From Phoronis australis (lineage: Eukaryota; Animalia; Phoronida): a DNA stretch of 64,000 nt. The notes beneath the pieces were generated by a model. That model was not told where the DNA came from, did not search any database, and saw nothing but the letters and a program-made list of their open reading frames with translations. Positions 1 to 13,030 of this stretch are shown here, one piece after another; position 1 is the first letter of the stretch, and each line of letters starts with the position of its first letter. Both the position numbers and the translations under genes were made by a program. Location: assembly GCA_002633005.1 (NCBI GenBank), contig NMRA01000101.1:434001-498000 (forward strand), in the 5' to 3' direction.

Positions 1-643
1 AAATGACGCTTTGGCATCTACCACGTTTGTTGATGGATGCTCATGAATTATGGCAAATAAGTTACTATCACATAGCCAAAAGAAACGGGTTGTGTTTCAA
101 ATGGATTTGGCCTACGTTTCGCCCCCTAGTAGCCATTCTATTATTCTTGTGCCCTTTGTTGTCTGCCACCCTAACTTCCAAATTTTTTGAAGGATCGTAA
201 TGAAGTGTGACAGGTGTGTTCCTATTGAGAACATTTCTTACTTGCTTTGCACCCCGTAATTTTAACAACATTGCTCCGTTTAGTGGGAATGTTTAAGATT
301 AATGAACATCGCTTGTATCTGCACTGTATGCGATGCACATGTTAGGTGCATAACATCTCCAAGAAGCGAATCAATCCACATCTTATACTTTGGTTATAAA
401 ATAACTTACTCACTGGTAAATACGCAATCAGTCTGCGACACTTCATAATTTTCCCCTGCGTTGTTTCCTCCTGGCGGCGAAGGAACGAAGCTACTTTTTG
501 AAAACATTAAGTAACAATGAGACAAAATATGATGATAATTTTAACACTGTCGAAAACTTGAAATCGTTTCAAAATATTTTATTGTTTTCTTTGCAAGACA
601 ATGAAACCATATCCATCTCAGTTAAGCTCAATTCTATTTCCAG

Positions 644-828
644 TTCCGGTTCTAACTGGCTATTCGCCGTCCCATGGGGCCTGCGAAAGTTGCTCGTCTG
701 GATTAAAAATCATTATGGCGAAGTGGACATCTACATAACAGAGAATGGATTTTCTGACAGAAACGCTACACTGAAGGATAGTCATCGCGTATACTTTTAC
801 AAATACTACATAAACGAAATGCTAAAAG
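644..828 (+). CDS. Glycoside hydrolase family 1 (lactase-phlorizin hydrolase/beta-glucosidase-like), penultimate exon; gene starts upstream of the window
   Basis: Encodes SGSNWLFAVPWGLRKLLVWIKNHYGEVDIYITENGFSD...YINEMLK with the GH1 nucleophile motif ITENG; flanked by ttccag and gtaggt; phase 1 exit matches the next exon. Confidence 0.93.
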
Positions 829-1914
829 GTAGGTTTGAATTACAGTACCTTGAAATATATTGTCATAATCGAAAATCTCTTTTTGTAAGCTCTATGTCAA
901 TGTGGGAAACTTGTCCTCAAAATCTGTGTATCATTATCTGTTAGTTTGAGTTGAACTGCACCCAGTTTCTTTGCATGACAGCCGCTGTCCGACTTTTCCA
1001 TCAAACCGAAGTCTTCGCAGTACTGTGACACGCCCAGCAGCAAGAAATTTGGTTTCTATCAATTCTGTTTCTATCGGAAAAAACGGAATTTACATTGTGA
1101 TAGCAATATTAGGCTAAAAAATAGCTGCAGGCAGTCTGATATACTTTATACAAGACGTGCACATGCCACTCAGGTGGGGCCCATTGAACTGATCACATAG
1201 AACCGCTTTTATAGTTTATTAATATGTAAATGTAACTGATGAGTTCGAGAGTTGGTGCAAGGAGACATCAGTGTACCATCAACCTCAAGGAAAGGTTATG
1301 TGGACACTTATTCAACTAGACCATACTCATGCCTGCTCTGTATTAGACAGCTGTTGTTTCAAGCACAAACATTGAAAATGCGACAGCGATGTGTTTTCCA
1401 ATCCACATTACAAAAGATGGTGTTTTTGACCAATTGATGTTAAACGCATGACGACTTAGGGGGTCTTTAGGCACATAGCTGGAAACGTACGCAAGCTGTT
1501 GACGTTTATCCGAATACGTTCCCCTTTTTCCGAACGGAGACATTTTCTTTCCAAACCCGTGCACCGTGCAATTTCTTCTGGGTAGGTATAACATGCCCGA
1601 ATTTTCAGAACCAGTTGCTCCAATGAATAACGGGCATCATAACTGGTTTTCAAAATACAGGTACGTCATATCCAACTATTGGCGGGTACACCTATGTGAG
1701 CTATGGTTCTTAGCATCGATCAGGAAACACGATGGGTATGTAATAGTCACTTACAACCAGGGTAAGAACCAGCCTTCTCCGTCGAATAACCGACGGGCAT
1801 CAAACTCCTTTTCAAATTTCCGGGCGACCCGTGTAAATAACTATTGCCCACGATGCCATGTGCTTTGTTCTTACAACTAACACTTTATATTATGTGTTTC
1901 TGTTTTACCTACAG

Positions 1915-2210
1915 CTATCAAAATGGACGGAGTAAACGTGAAAGGCTACATGGCATGGTCCCTTATGGATAATTTCGAATGGGAACGAGGCTACGAGGAG
2001 AGATTCGGTTTGTTTCACGTAGACTTTAACGATCCAGATCGGGCCAGGACACCGAAAGATTCTTCAAAATACTATGCTCAAGTCGTCAAGGACAATGGTT
2101 TCCCCGATCCCGACTGTAAACCCGATCCTGTTTCTGGTTCCACCAGCCTTACTTATAATTGCTTGTTGGTTTTCTTCGGAGCTATCCTAGCAGTCAAACA
2201 CGTAGTCTGA
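1915..2210 (+). CDS. Glycoside hydrolase family 1, terminal exon
   Basis: After ctacag acceptor: [49 protein letters not shown], the GH1 C-terminal signature; then a hydrophobic tail and TGA; AATAAA at ~2367. Confidence 0.95.
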
Positions 2211-3157
2211 TGCACTAAGACAAAGTTTAACGTTTAACATTAGCTTTTACGTAGTATCTAGTAATGCTTTTATTGAAAAAATACATTTTATTATCGTTAT
2301 CAAATTTACAGTTTAACAGAAGAACTACACTGTACGTGCCTGGGTACGACATCTGTTGGCTGACGAATAAAACAGATTTTTAATAGGTTACTGCTCGGTG
2401 TGGGTAATGAACATGGTTTTATTAATCACAACACTTTATTTCTCATTGTGTATTATATGGTGTTATTTCGTTCATAACACTTGCACTTGTCCTCCACCAT
2501 AGTGCTGATTGTGTGTATTTTTGTACTCAGTTGATTTTTTTTATTCACTGCGACCAAGGAGTCATATGCTTTTGCTGCGACTGCAGCTTTCATGGTTTAG
2601 GTTGTGCGAATAGCATTCGTTCTTTGCCACTTGCTTGTAAATACAAGAAATCTCCCTGGGACAAGTTTGTTTTAATTTGATTATGAAAACCATCGCATAG
2701 TGTCTTCAAGACTTGCACTTTAATTTATCAACTGATCTGGGCATCTGGATGGTGGAGAAAGTTTTTTTTTCTCCTCTCACCTAAATTTTCCGCTAAAACC
2801 TGTGAATGTCATGGCGTGAGTGCGCCACCTAAGAGTTGTGATCACTTTTGTCTTATTTCAATTAGACGTTTCAAGGCTGTCCCCACGAATTTGTCCCTAA
2901 GGTGACTTGTTTTTGAAAAGATTTTCTCGAATTTACCCGTAGTAGAAAGACGTGTTATATTCCGAAAAGTATATAAGGTTTCTGAGCTGAGGAAACAAGG
3001 AAAGCAAATAGAACATTGGATGTGTTGATTGATGATTTTGTCCGCGGAAGATGGCTGACAGGCGCGTCAGTGTTACTATTTTCAATTCGATCAAGGCATT
3101 GCAATACGATGGCGTTTCTGCAAAGAAAAGTTTTTCATCAGAGCCTGGTATATACTA

Positions 3158-4740
3158 GGGCCGGATGAAGCAATTGCGGGGCCCGTAGCATAAGTCAAAG
3201 CGCGGGACTAGGGGCTTTTCCAGGATTTTGAATTGGGGGGCCAGGCAGAGTATTGGCCAGGATTTTGTCCGTCTGAAATTGGCACTCCCGAACTGCCAAA
3301 TGGAATCTTGGAGAATTTTAGGGGGGCATGCCCCCTTGTCCCCAATCTAAATCCGCCACTGGGGACCCCTACTAAAATGTTCATACAACGGTACATTCAG
3401 TCGTTTAAGCCTGAACAGGAGCTTTCGGCTCAGTTATCGTTCACTTGAGTCAGACAGCTCAGCTCGCGGCTAATTGTGGTGTATTGTTCGGATTGAATAT
3501 TTTTTTGCATTTCGCCTAGCGAAAATGTTAGTTTTAGATGAATCGTTAACGTTACGTAAAAGTTTATATTCAATGACCCATCGGGCGAGGCTGTTCAACC
3601 CTGTGTGTGTTCCACGTTGCTTCTGAACTCGTGTTTTGATCTGTCAAATTTTGAAAACGAGCGTTCGCAGCAACAATTAGTAAGCATGAGAGACAGATAG
3701 ATTCTTAAAGAGGCCTGGAACACAATAAACAGACTAAATTGTAAAATCGAAAGTGGTTTTCTGCCACTGAAACAGAATTTAACCTGCTTCCCAGATATTT
3801 TTAAGATTTGTTCGTAAAGATTTTTAATTTTTGTTGATATCAAAGCATTTGCTTTTAGTTTCAAATTAAAAAAACGATCTGTCAATTGCTTGTCACTTCG
3901 TCAAATTTTCTCCCACAAGGCAAAGCACGTCTCCTTATTTGGTATGCCAAGACATAGACGCAGCACATTTCCCTTATATGAAAAATGTGACCTTTAACCT
4001 CAAGCGACTTCAAGCAACTAACTGTGAGCGCATGCGCGCATTTATCATAAGTGGGAGGGAACTATATGGTAACCACAAAGTTTTTCATTAGGGCGTATTT
4101 CACAAATCGTGAATTTTTGATTTTTTCTGGAAATTTCCTCACAGGAGAAAGTGAATTACTCTGTACTAGACGTTGCACGATGGTACTTTCGTCAGAGATT
4201 GTTCAAAAGATATTTTGACGAGCTTTCGTGTTCTATGCCTCTTTAAAATGATTTCAAGATTTGGAAAGCACAGCACCAGACAGTGGTCGGTTACAGACCG
4301 ATACATTTGCATCTCTACTGGATCTTGGTTGTTTTGTCTGTCACTATGACAACCTTGCAGTTCACCAAATTCATCACCGATACTTTCCTCCAAGTCTCGA
4401 AGATATTTGCTGACTGTCGACTAGCTAAGTTAAGACTGGTGCAATTTTGTGGGCTGTTATATTTTGCAGCTTTCGAAGTGGTCCGGGTACAGTCTGCACA
4501 CTTTCTTAGGTATTTTGGCCCATTTTGAAAAGAAGCAAGCAAGCTATCAATAATAGCTAAGAAAGCAGCAGAGTTCGTCATTTAACAACTGGGTCGAGAT
4601 TGCCGGAACCACCGACTCATCGTAAGCTCGGTTTCCTTTACTTTCTCTGCCAGCACAATATTGCTTCCATGTACAACTTGTCAGCAGCTTTTCCCGAAAT
4701 GAGTCGTGAAGTTCACAGTATGCAAAAATGATTTTTGACA
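3158..4740 (-). mobile_element. Decayed hAT (ZMYM1/Tip100-like) transposase fragments with nested insertions
   Basis: Minus-strand LRIYLSLMLTNCCCERSFSK (3660-3710), CFPNLEIILK (~4250) and FLAIIDSLL (~4550) match hAT C-terminal dimerisation-region motifs; many stops and frameshifts; boundaries approximate. Confidence 0.65.
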
Positions 4741-4989
4741 CGTCACCAAGATATTAAAGTTGTTTTTAAAATTATCTTTGATTAAAAATGTTAAAAACTT
4801 TTACACATGGGACAAAGCAATTACCGACGGTCGGGAATCGCAGGCGGGTTGTTACTCTGGAGGTTCATTCCCCTAAGATTTTATTTTCGGAATATCGACC
4901 AATTCTGAGCAGAAACAATAAACATCATTTTGTGTTCTTACTCCGAAGGGCCTATACTCCGATGGGACATTTTATTTCATATAAATAAG

Positions 4990-5830
4990 TCTCTTCACAG
5001 CCAAACTATGCGCTGTGATTTCTACGTCGACATCTAGAATCTACTTTATTCTGGTGTCGAGATATGGGTACAGTATATTCGAAAGACATAGAAAATGTAC
5101 ACAGTGATTTTTGTAAATGGGTCGCTGGTGTGTCTAAAAAGAGTAACGTAATGGCTAGAGGGGAATGCGGCAGTCGTTTACTATCTATGAAATACATCTG
5201 CTGACAATAATCTTATAACTGGACCAAATCTCTTCAGGGCTGGGTTGCATGAAGCTTCAAAATCATCCGCTGGATAAGTTTGATTGTTGCACTGTTCAAC
5301 AATAACAACGTGGCTATGCAGCGTATAACTTTTATGCAACTGTGCCCAGATGGATGATCCCGGAGGTACTCGAAGAACAGTTATAGGATGCTGCGAAAGA
5401 ACTGTGAAAGACGGCGAACAATTGGGCCAGTGCGGTTAAAGATATTTTATTCAGATATGGGTTCGGGAAGTATAGATAAGTGGCTCGGGAACTATTCGTT
5501 TATCTATATTAGAATTTAAGTAAAGATTGTTGGATTGTGGTGCTCAAGAATGGATGGTGTCAGAGCAGAACTCCAGAAAGTGCTCATTTTACTCCATCAT
5601 CAAATAGATTTATCTTGTGAAGAATATCTTTACTGCCTACCACCAAGTCTACGTAGAATACTAGCTAAATTCAGGTACATTCTAAAGGAGGGGAGGCTTT
5701 GTGAAATCTGCAACCGCTCAGAAATTGAAGACGAAAAACACATTTTACTTAACTGTCCAGCATTAAACGATTTGTATTCAAAACAAACCCTGGCAACCTT
5801 CTGAAAAGACTATCCCTACTTATATTTTAA
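4990..5830 (+). mobile_element. Degenerate non-LTR retrotransposon ORF2 C-terminal fragment, with a small inverted-repeat insert at ~5237-5347
   Basis: EDIENVHSDFCKWVAGVSKKSNVMARGECG and RLCEICNRSEIEDEKHILLNCP (CCHC-like motif at the LINE ORF2 end); disrupted by stops. Confidence 0.7.
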
Positions 5831-5995
5831 AAGCCTGTGATTTCAGGCAGGAAATTCTGATATTGTAAATGTGTAAATATGTATATGTGTTTTGAAGATC
5901 TGGTCATCATCTGATCATGAAATTGACTTCTGGGCTATGCTAATGTAATGCGACATGTACAAGTGAGGTTTTCTCCAAGTACAACAAATAAACAA

Positions 5996-6032
5996 TCTCT
6001 CTCCCTCTCTCTCCCTCCCTCCCTCCCTCCCT
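5996..6032. repeat. (CT)n/(CCCT)n microsatellite ending at assembly gap N6034
   Basis: Directly visible. Confidence 0.9.
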
Positions 6033-6074
6033 GNCCCCGCCGCTGTCTTAACCGTCTTAACCATGATCCGGTCC

Positions 6075-6302
6075 TATCCCTAACACTAAACCTAACCCTA
6101 TTCCTTATCTCTTATCTTAACCCTAAGCCTTATCTTAAACTTAACACGAGCCGTAAAACTGCACCTAATCCTAACCTTAAATTAAACCTAACCCTAAACC
6201 TATCCCTAACCCTACTCCTAACTCTATGCCTAACCCTAGTCCTAACCTTAACCCTAGTCATAACCGTACTCAACCTAATCCTATCGCTAACCCCATAATC
6301 CT
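6075..6302 (+). repeat. Degenerate (CCCTAA)n-like hexamer array
   Basis: Repeated cctaac/ccctaa/ccttaa variants over ~230 bp. Confidence 0.75.
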
Positions 6303-7472
6303 AGCTAGAATGCGATGTATAGCTGTGGAAATAAGTAGTTTTCGAACCACCCCACTGAGAGGGGGTCCCGTCTGAAATGGAACGCCTAAGAAAAGAGTGA
6401 CAGTTCATTTCATTGTCGGGTGACCTTGCAAGAAGTGACTTTCCTCAGCATGAAAGCCGGTTGTACGATTTCACAAAAACAGGAAAATAGAGATAGGCTT
6501 AATCGATTCCAACATTGGGCCCTCTCTTCGTGAGCCGCCCTTTAAGAATTTACCAATCAAAACACAAAAAGGGTGGCCACTTGAATGTCATTAATTGTCC
6601 TCTTCAAGAGCTGGGCCCCTAAATATGAAAAGATTTATATTTTCAAAAGTCAGGAAATGCGCAGCAGTTCAGTGATGTTATCTGCCATGCCATCAATTTT
6701 CTCAAGTGAAACACAATTTAGAAAAAAAACACGAAAAAATACTGAGAGCGACAGTTGTCTTTGTGGTCCTTTGCTCAGTAGAGAAGGGTCTCTGGAATTA
6801 ATATAATTTTGCATTTTTGCATTTGCAAAACTATTTTATTGGATTTAAAAGTCCAGTGATTTAATATGCTCCGCCGGCAAAAGCTTTGCTCTACGAATTT
6901 TCTCGATTTTTCGAAAAACATGTATGAGTGATAAAATGCACGTTTTCAAGTGCGTTTAGACGACCCACATGTATGCAGCAAAAACGGAGACCCTAACAAC
7001 AATGACCTGGCCAGGGCCCTCAAGGGTAAACCATGTACTGATACCGAGTTGTCAAATGTTCTCTTGAGCTTTCTCTCTTATCCGTATTCGTAGTCTTCTT
7101 TTCTCGACTGTCCCCGGCCCCAAGCTGTCCACTGGTGACGTTTTTCCCTCAAGTCCCTCGGAACTAACCAGTATAATCATGACCTGACCACGGATGCTTT
7201 GTCTCGATCTTTTCCGAACTCTCTTCTCACCGTAGCCTCCCGGTTCTGTAATGATCTTCAGTCCAAACCCCTTTATTGTTCCGTGACTGGACAGCTGCTT
7301 AATTACAAGTTCACGCAATATTCCAAGTCCACGCACGGGGTTAGTCGATTCCAAGTTCACGTACAGCCTCCGCCTCCATGAGTGTGCCAGTACACTCCTC
7401 GTTTCACGCTACATGAGTGTCACCTATTGGTGAATTCATTAACTCCATATACACGAATTCTAATTTTACGTA

Positions 7473-7790
7473 ATGGCGCGGTTTGTTTCGCAGCATGGAA
7501 AATCTTGGTTAAGGTTGTTAAACCATGATAGATGTTTATTACGTGATATCATACATGGACCAAGAAATGCCTCTTTGTGGCTGACAAGATGTAAATCATC
7601 CTATGCCGCTGACGATCATGCCGCACAAACCGAAAGAGATGAAGATTTCGAAGCACCATTCAAAAAGGTTAACCTGGCATTCGATAATGGCAAAGAAGCC
7701 TACCGAAGTAAAAGTACTTGGGAACTACTACGAGGCCTACTCGTCTTCAAGTTATGCTCGGTCGACACCCTGGTCGTTAATAGTAACAAA
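7473..7790 (+). CDS. PRODH: Proline dehydrogenase exon 1, duplicate copy A
   Basis: ATG...[32 protein letters not shown], then gtgagt; 318 nt, same length as copy B. Confidence 0.75.
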
Positions 7791-9496
7791 GTGAGTAAAT
7801 TCTTCCATTTTGCATGTGGGCCTGTATATTAGAAGTTGACAGCCATCAAACACATGCTGTAGCCTGTAGAATTTGTAGAAACACGAGTTCGCAAGCAGTC
7901 ACTTTGTTCTAACGGAAACACGGTTTTGGGATATTTGGAGACTAGTGTGTTCTTGTTAGCTTGTAATTATCGTCAACATGTCAGTGCCGTGTTCAGTGTT
8001 TTCAATCTTCTTAAACAATAGCCCACTGCCCATTAAAGTCAAGACTATTGTTTACCAGTTGTTTATATCCAACAGTGGCCATATATCAGTTGTTTACACT
8101 ACTGGTCTTGACAGGAAGTTTAGGCCTACTATTAAACACACAAATGACCTTTTGGGTCAGTGTTGTATTTGCATGGTGACACAGGACTTGTGCCAAATTG
8201 TATAGGTAAAACAAAATGTTAATTCAATGAACTTGGTGTTTTTTTGTTGCTGTTTGTAACGAAATGCTTAGCTTTTGGAAAATTCAAGGTGCAAAAATAT
8301 TCATATATAAAATTCCTAAGGTGCTCAGGAGTATAAGTAAGAAGAGCCCTAAAGCCCTAAAGGAATACATGTCAAGCTGTTGCGATGGAATCGATGCATT
8401 ATTTCTGGTCTGACCCTCCATGCTATGTTTTGTATTGAAAAAGCCAATGCTGGGTATTTTAAGTGGTAGCAACATGTCACCTTTATTGAGCATTTTTGTC
8501 TGCACACCTTCACTGACTGTAGTCACTCTTGTGTTTTTCAGTATCTTGGGTGGCTTCTATGAAATGAGTTCATAATGATAGATTAAATCATCTTCTCTTA
8601 CATATTTTTGTCAAAACAAGTACTATGATCTTGCAATCTTTTTAAGAATAAGACTACCGGCAATTTTTTCCAGCTGCTGAGCTTTCGAATAGATTAAATC
8701 AACATTTAGAAATGAAAGAGTAAATTGTTGGAGACCATGGGAAAAACAAAATGCAGCTGGGAGAGGAATAAATATCTGTCGGAATATTCTCTGAAATTCT
8801 AAAAAATGCCACCATTGATCAAGTAATTCATAATCGTACCTGCGTGAACCGTGATGGAACATTATTTAATGCCTATCTTTAAAATTGAAAAGAAGGAATG
8901 AGTTAAAAAGCTCGATGAAAAGCTTATCATGCTAATGTCTAGATAAAGACCTGTATCTGATAAGTTTATTAGCTCCACATATTCTTAAATAATAATCCTA
9001 AAGGTTATGTAATTTAACGTCTTGTTTTCACACTGGAAGACAGCACGGTGTTTTGAATCAAAATATGAATGCCATAAGTCGATGCTGTTAACCAAGACAT
9101 CATGCTTCTGAACAAATTGCCTGCTTCACACTTTATTATAAGAAGATAATGGAGACCTGTTGCTAGTACTTTTAAAACGTCACCTTTAGTACGTATTTAC
9201 ACAGGCATGCGTCAGAACCATCAACAACATGGCCCAGAGAATAAGTCTGCCTAGTGTATGAGCTGAGGGCGAATTCTAATTTGAAAACAAATGATTACAT
9301 GCGTTTTTATTACAATGATGATTAGTAATGTTTTAAGCTTTATTTCACATTTTGTATTTTGGTAGTCACATTTACCTAGTAGTTTTGAATTAGTATTCTT
9401 CTAAACACATCAAAACTGTTTTCTTGATAACCAACAGGTGTCAAATACAAAGTGGTTATCACTCTCATTCCCATCTATATTGCTTACCAACTTTGA

Positions 9497-9971
9497 AGGA
9501 AAGTGAGGATTTTAGGAGGTCGTTTTATGTCCTTAGTCAAATGTATTGAAAAGTTAAAATCCTAGAGTACATTCCCATCATAAGTTTACCTGTGATGATT
9601 TCGTCCAAATGGTCAGTTGGTGCATTTTGATTAAAAAACATTGAATCAGTAGCAAAAGACCAATATAGCTTAAATACTGCAAAAGTTTGCATTTTTCTGA
9701 ATTGATGTCTCAGTCACAACAAACAATTTAATACTAGAATTTCAGGGCGTATGTCCATCACGTATGTCTGTCACACTCACTCAACTTGCATCGAGTGGTC
9801 TGACAAAAAATTCTTAGAAGATTACAACAAAGAAATTAATATGCTGTTCTTTGCAAACATTCCACAAAATCATCATATAAAACAAAAAATTGTTACTAAA
9901 TGCAACTCACATAATATTAATGTTAATTTTTTCAAAAATTCAAATTCTCTGCATACGTCCGTCACGCCCCT
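9497..9971. mobile_element. Kolobok-like non-autonomous element (copy A)
   Basis: ttga|AGGAAAGTGAGG ... CCGTCACGCCCCT|ttaa; imperfect TIR with TTAA-like flanks. Confidence 0.45.
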
Positions 9972-10296
9972 TTAAAGACAATTTTCTCTGTCAGGTAAAA
10001 AGATATGAGAAAGTTTGATACATGCTTTGAAAGCTATCGACGAGACCTTACAATTGATGTCTTAATTATTTTCCTAGGATGAATATTTTTACACAATTGA
10101 TCAAAATGTTCTCTGATTATAATTCTTGAATTTGGAATGGACAACCTTGTTTTACTTTGTGCATTTTTAAAATTTTGTACAAGTTCAAACCTTGGGCAAA
10201 ATAATTTATTTTTCATTGTCCCATTTACTGAAGACTATTTACTGTACTGTGTTCTATCACTGTTTTTGACTTGTTTCAAACTTCACATCATTTCAG

Positions 10297-10505
10297 TTAA
10301 TGAAACTAAGTCGACGGTTGTTGGGAAGGAGGCTGTTCAGTAAAATGATGCAGGGGACATTCTATGGTCACTTTGTCGCTGGAGCTGACCATGAGGACAT
10401 CAAACCTACTATACATAGAAACCTGACCTATGGAGTTAAGTCTATACTTGACTATAGTGCTGAGAGTGATCTGACTGAAGAACAAGCCACCCGAGCTGAA
10501 ATGAG
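10297..10505 (+). CDS. PRODH: Proline dehydrogenase exon 2, duplicate copy A
   Basis: tttcag|[29 protein letters not shown]...ILDYSAE...EM R|gtatgt. Confidence 0.75.
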
Positions 10506-11369
10506 GTATGTGTGACTATACAGGTGATTCAAACATTTTTGACTTGCAGTCTCCATGTAGCTAAGGAGCACAATCATTCTAGACAACTAGAAGCTAAATA
10601 CGACAGCATTATTAATAAGTAGCTTAGGACTCGTGACTACTGTACTGACAGGCCCAGCTGTCTTGTTTGTTTCATTTCCTTCTCTTGTCAACCAGGTTTG
10701 GCATCCTCAGTTCCAATTTGGCTACCTGGGAATTTCGCCAGGTCTCATTTGATGAGTTGATGTTATGCTAAGCGTCCAACCCTGGGCATTATTCTGGAGG
10801 AATATGGAAATTCAATTTAATTAAAACTGTTGAAATTTAGTAACTAGACATTTAATTGATGCTTCTCTACCTACAAAGCCCCATATCTTAATCAAATGGA
10901 GAACCGCACCATCTTTTGGAAGAATGAGTGTTGTAGTACTGCACTTCCTAGTGGAAATTTATTTTTTTTTACATTGTCAGCTCTCAGGGGAGACTTATTT
11001 TGCCCATGGACCTCATTTATTAATAGCTTTTTGTCTTGAACACAGTTTCTGTCCCGAGTTGGAGTTCTCTCCCCATGTACACCTATTCTGTTCATACTAC
11101 ACATTTCTTCATAAACTACATTCTTTTTCACCTGTGACGTAGGTAAGAAATACGGCGTGTTTTACACCAGGTAACAAGTTGTTGGTGAAGTGCGTCAAAT
11201 CTCTAATGGGAACATTTGATGACGTTTATGAGAAAAGGATTTTGTCAGCAACAATAGAATTGCGGCTCATGAGAAAACAAAATCAGCTTGTAGTCATTAG
11301 GTTCTGGAGGTGCTTTAAAAATAGATTCATGAATACTGTACTTTAACCTTGGAATTTTAATTTGGTTTA

Positions 11370-11604
11370 AAAAAATAATTGCAGGTGGTCTGGTACACGT
11401 ACCAGACGTGCGCAGGCCGTGCATTTGGGCCCATTGCACTGTTCACCTGGAAATATTTTTGTGCTTTATTAATATATAGTTAAAACTGAGCTGAGGAGCT
11501 AGAAATCTGACTCAAGGGTCTAGCATTGTGGCCCAGTACGACTCGAACCCACGACCTCGAGTAAAGAAGGCGGGCACCATCACACTAGGCCACACTGCCT
11601 CCTC
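11370..11604 (-). mobile_element. tRNA-derived SINE
   Basis: Reverse strand starts GGAGGCAGTGTGGCCTAGTGTGATGG (A box) ... GGTTCGAGTC (B box); body shared with the copies at 22803-23037 and 45735-45933. Confidence 0.75.
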
Positions 11605-12376
11605 TTAATTTGGTTTTCCTCATCATTTATAGGGGGTTCTTTTCAAATGTAAAAAGTTTCAACGTTTTAAATTGTACATTTGATGTTGATTTTGATGAAA
11701 ATGANAAGATAAAAATGACGAGACGAGAGAAACGGCCCGGGAAAGTAACAACTGCTTGTGATGAGAAAAAGAAGTGAGTGGGTTATGATGTTTAGAGCAT
11801 TAGGACAACAAATAATGTTTATTCGTAAGTGAAGTATCTTAAAATGTTTTCAGCTATTTTTATTGGTTAATGTTTAGGGATTTTTAAGACGAACTCGTCA
11901 ATTTACGTAGGAAGGTCTTGCGATAGCACGTTGTTTACGCGACGCAAAACTGACGTCACGTGGTACATGTACTAATTACGAAGCAGTCGCGGTGGTGTCT
12001 TGCAAAGAAGTACCAAACAGACACAGTTTTTTACATCGTCTAACAAAAATGAGGTTTGAACTTATGCCTCATGTGTGGCCGTTAATCTTACTGTGGTTTA
12101 TTTCAGTGTTATGGTATGTTTTTAAAATATTTTTAGTTACTCCAGAGTTACATGTTTGAACTGAGAGCAAATAACCAGGCAAACAATTTTTTTAGTGACA
12201 ACGAGACAACACGTGTTCTACATAATTTGTGTGCATTGATAGATTGAACTACTAAGTCGTCAAGTTGCTCAAGAGCTAATAAGCCAAGTGTCAGTGACAA
12301 CCTACACAATAAAATCTAAATCAGAATACTGATTTTGACCTCAATTGGCTTATCGGATGGATGGAAATTAACTTAC

Positions 12377-12520
12377 CATGGGCGGTGCAGCACTGAAAAA
12401 AGTGGGGGGCTAAAGCCCACCCAGCCCCCCTATGGTGCACCGCACATATAGCATGGGCAGCGCAGCTCTGAAAAAAGTGGGAGGCTATAGCCCCCAGCCC
12501 CCTATGGTGCGCCGCCCATG
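12377..12520. mobile_element. Dimeric mini-MITE with CATGGGCGG termini and 5-bp flanking repeat CTTAC
   Basis: cttac|CATGGGCGGTGCA...TGCGCCGCCCATG|cttac; two ~70-bp units in tandem. Confidence 0.7.
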
Positions 12521-12684
12521 CTTACTTATTTGAATTGTAAAGAACAGCAAGAAAAGCTAAAGTTTAGTGACAGGTAAGACTAAATTTGTTGTAGTTTCTT
12601 GTCACTATGGGCACTTTTCACTTCCGAACGCCCAGTGTACAATCCGGCCATGCGCAGTGACCCCGGCGATACTGACCAAACGCA

Positions 12685-13030
12685 GCTGTATTGGATGAAT
12701 GTGGAGTTTATCCGCTGTATGCAAAGTACTACGTCACATGTGTAAAATATTGGCTAAATTTATTGAAAGTCCTCCTACTAGATACGCTTGAGCGGCTTAT
12801 GACATGTTAGTTGATTTAGATCGGAATAGGAGAAATACTTGGGTATCTTCTGTTAGACAATTGCTATCAAAATACGGTTTTTATGAAATTTGGTTGAATC
12901 AAGGTGTCACGTACGAAGTCTCGTTTTTAAGTATCTTCACGCAAAGAGTTAATGACTGCTATGAGCAAGGTTGGCGATCAGAAATTGAGCATAATGCAAT
13001 CTTCATCAAGTTTCGGGAAAACTTCATTTT
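12685..13030 (+). mobile_element. Degenerate non-LTR retrotransposon ORF2 fragment, similar in type to 4990-5830
   Basis: AVLDECGVYPLY..CVKYW...TWVSSVRQLLSKYGFYEIWLNQGV...QRVNDCYEQGW, typical of the LINE post-RT region. Confidence 0.65.

Larger units (their letters stand above)
6343..11704 (+). repeat. Copy A of a large duplication (6343-7125 ~ 14858-15656; 7353-11704 ~ 18771-23137); probable alternate haplotig
   Basis: Colinear near-identical sequence; copy A lies between N6034 and N11705. Confidence 0.9.

Noticed and set aside
11530-11604. Functional tRNA gene (also 22963-23037, 38879-38948, 45735-45805)
   Set aside because: Cloverleaf stems are imperfect and the sequences run into repeat bodies; treated as SINE heads or relics.
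11940-11970. TGACGTCACGTGG (overlapping CRE/E-box) as a promoter
   Set aside because: A short motif with no associated exon or TSS evidence, next to an assembly gap.
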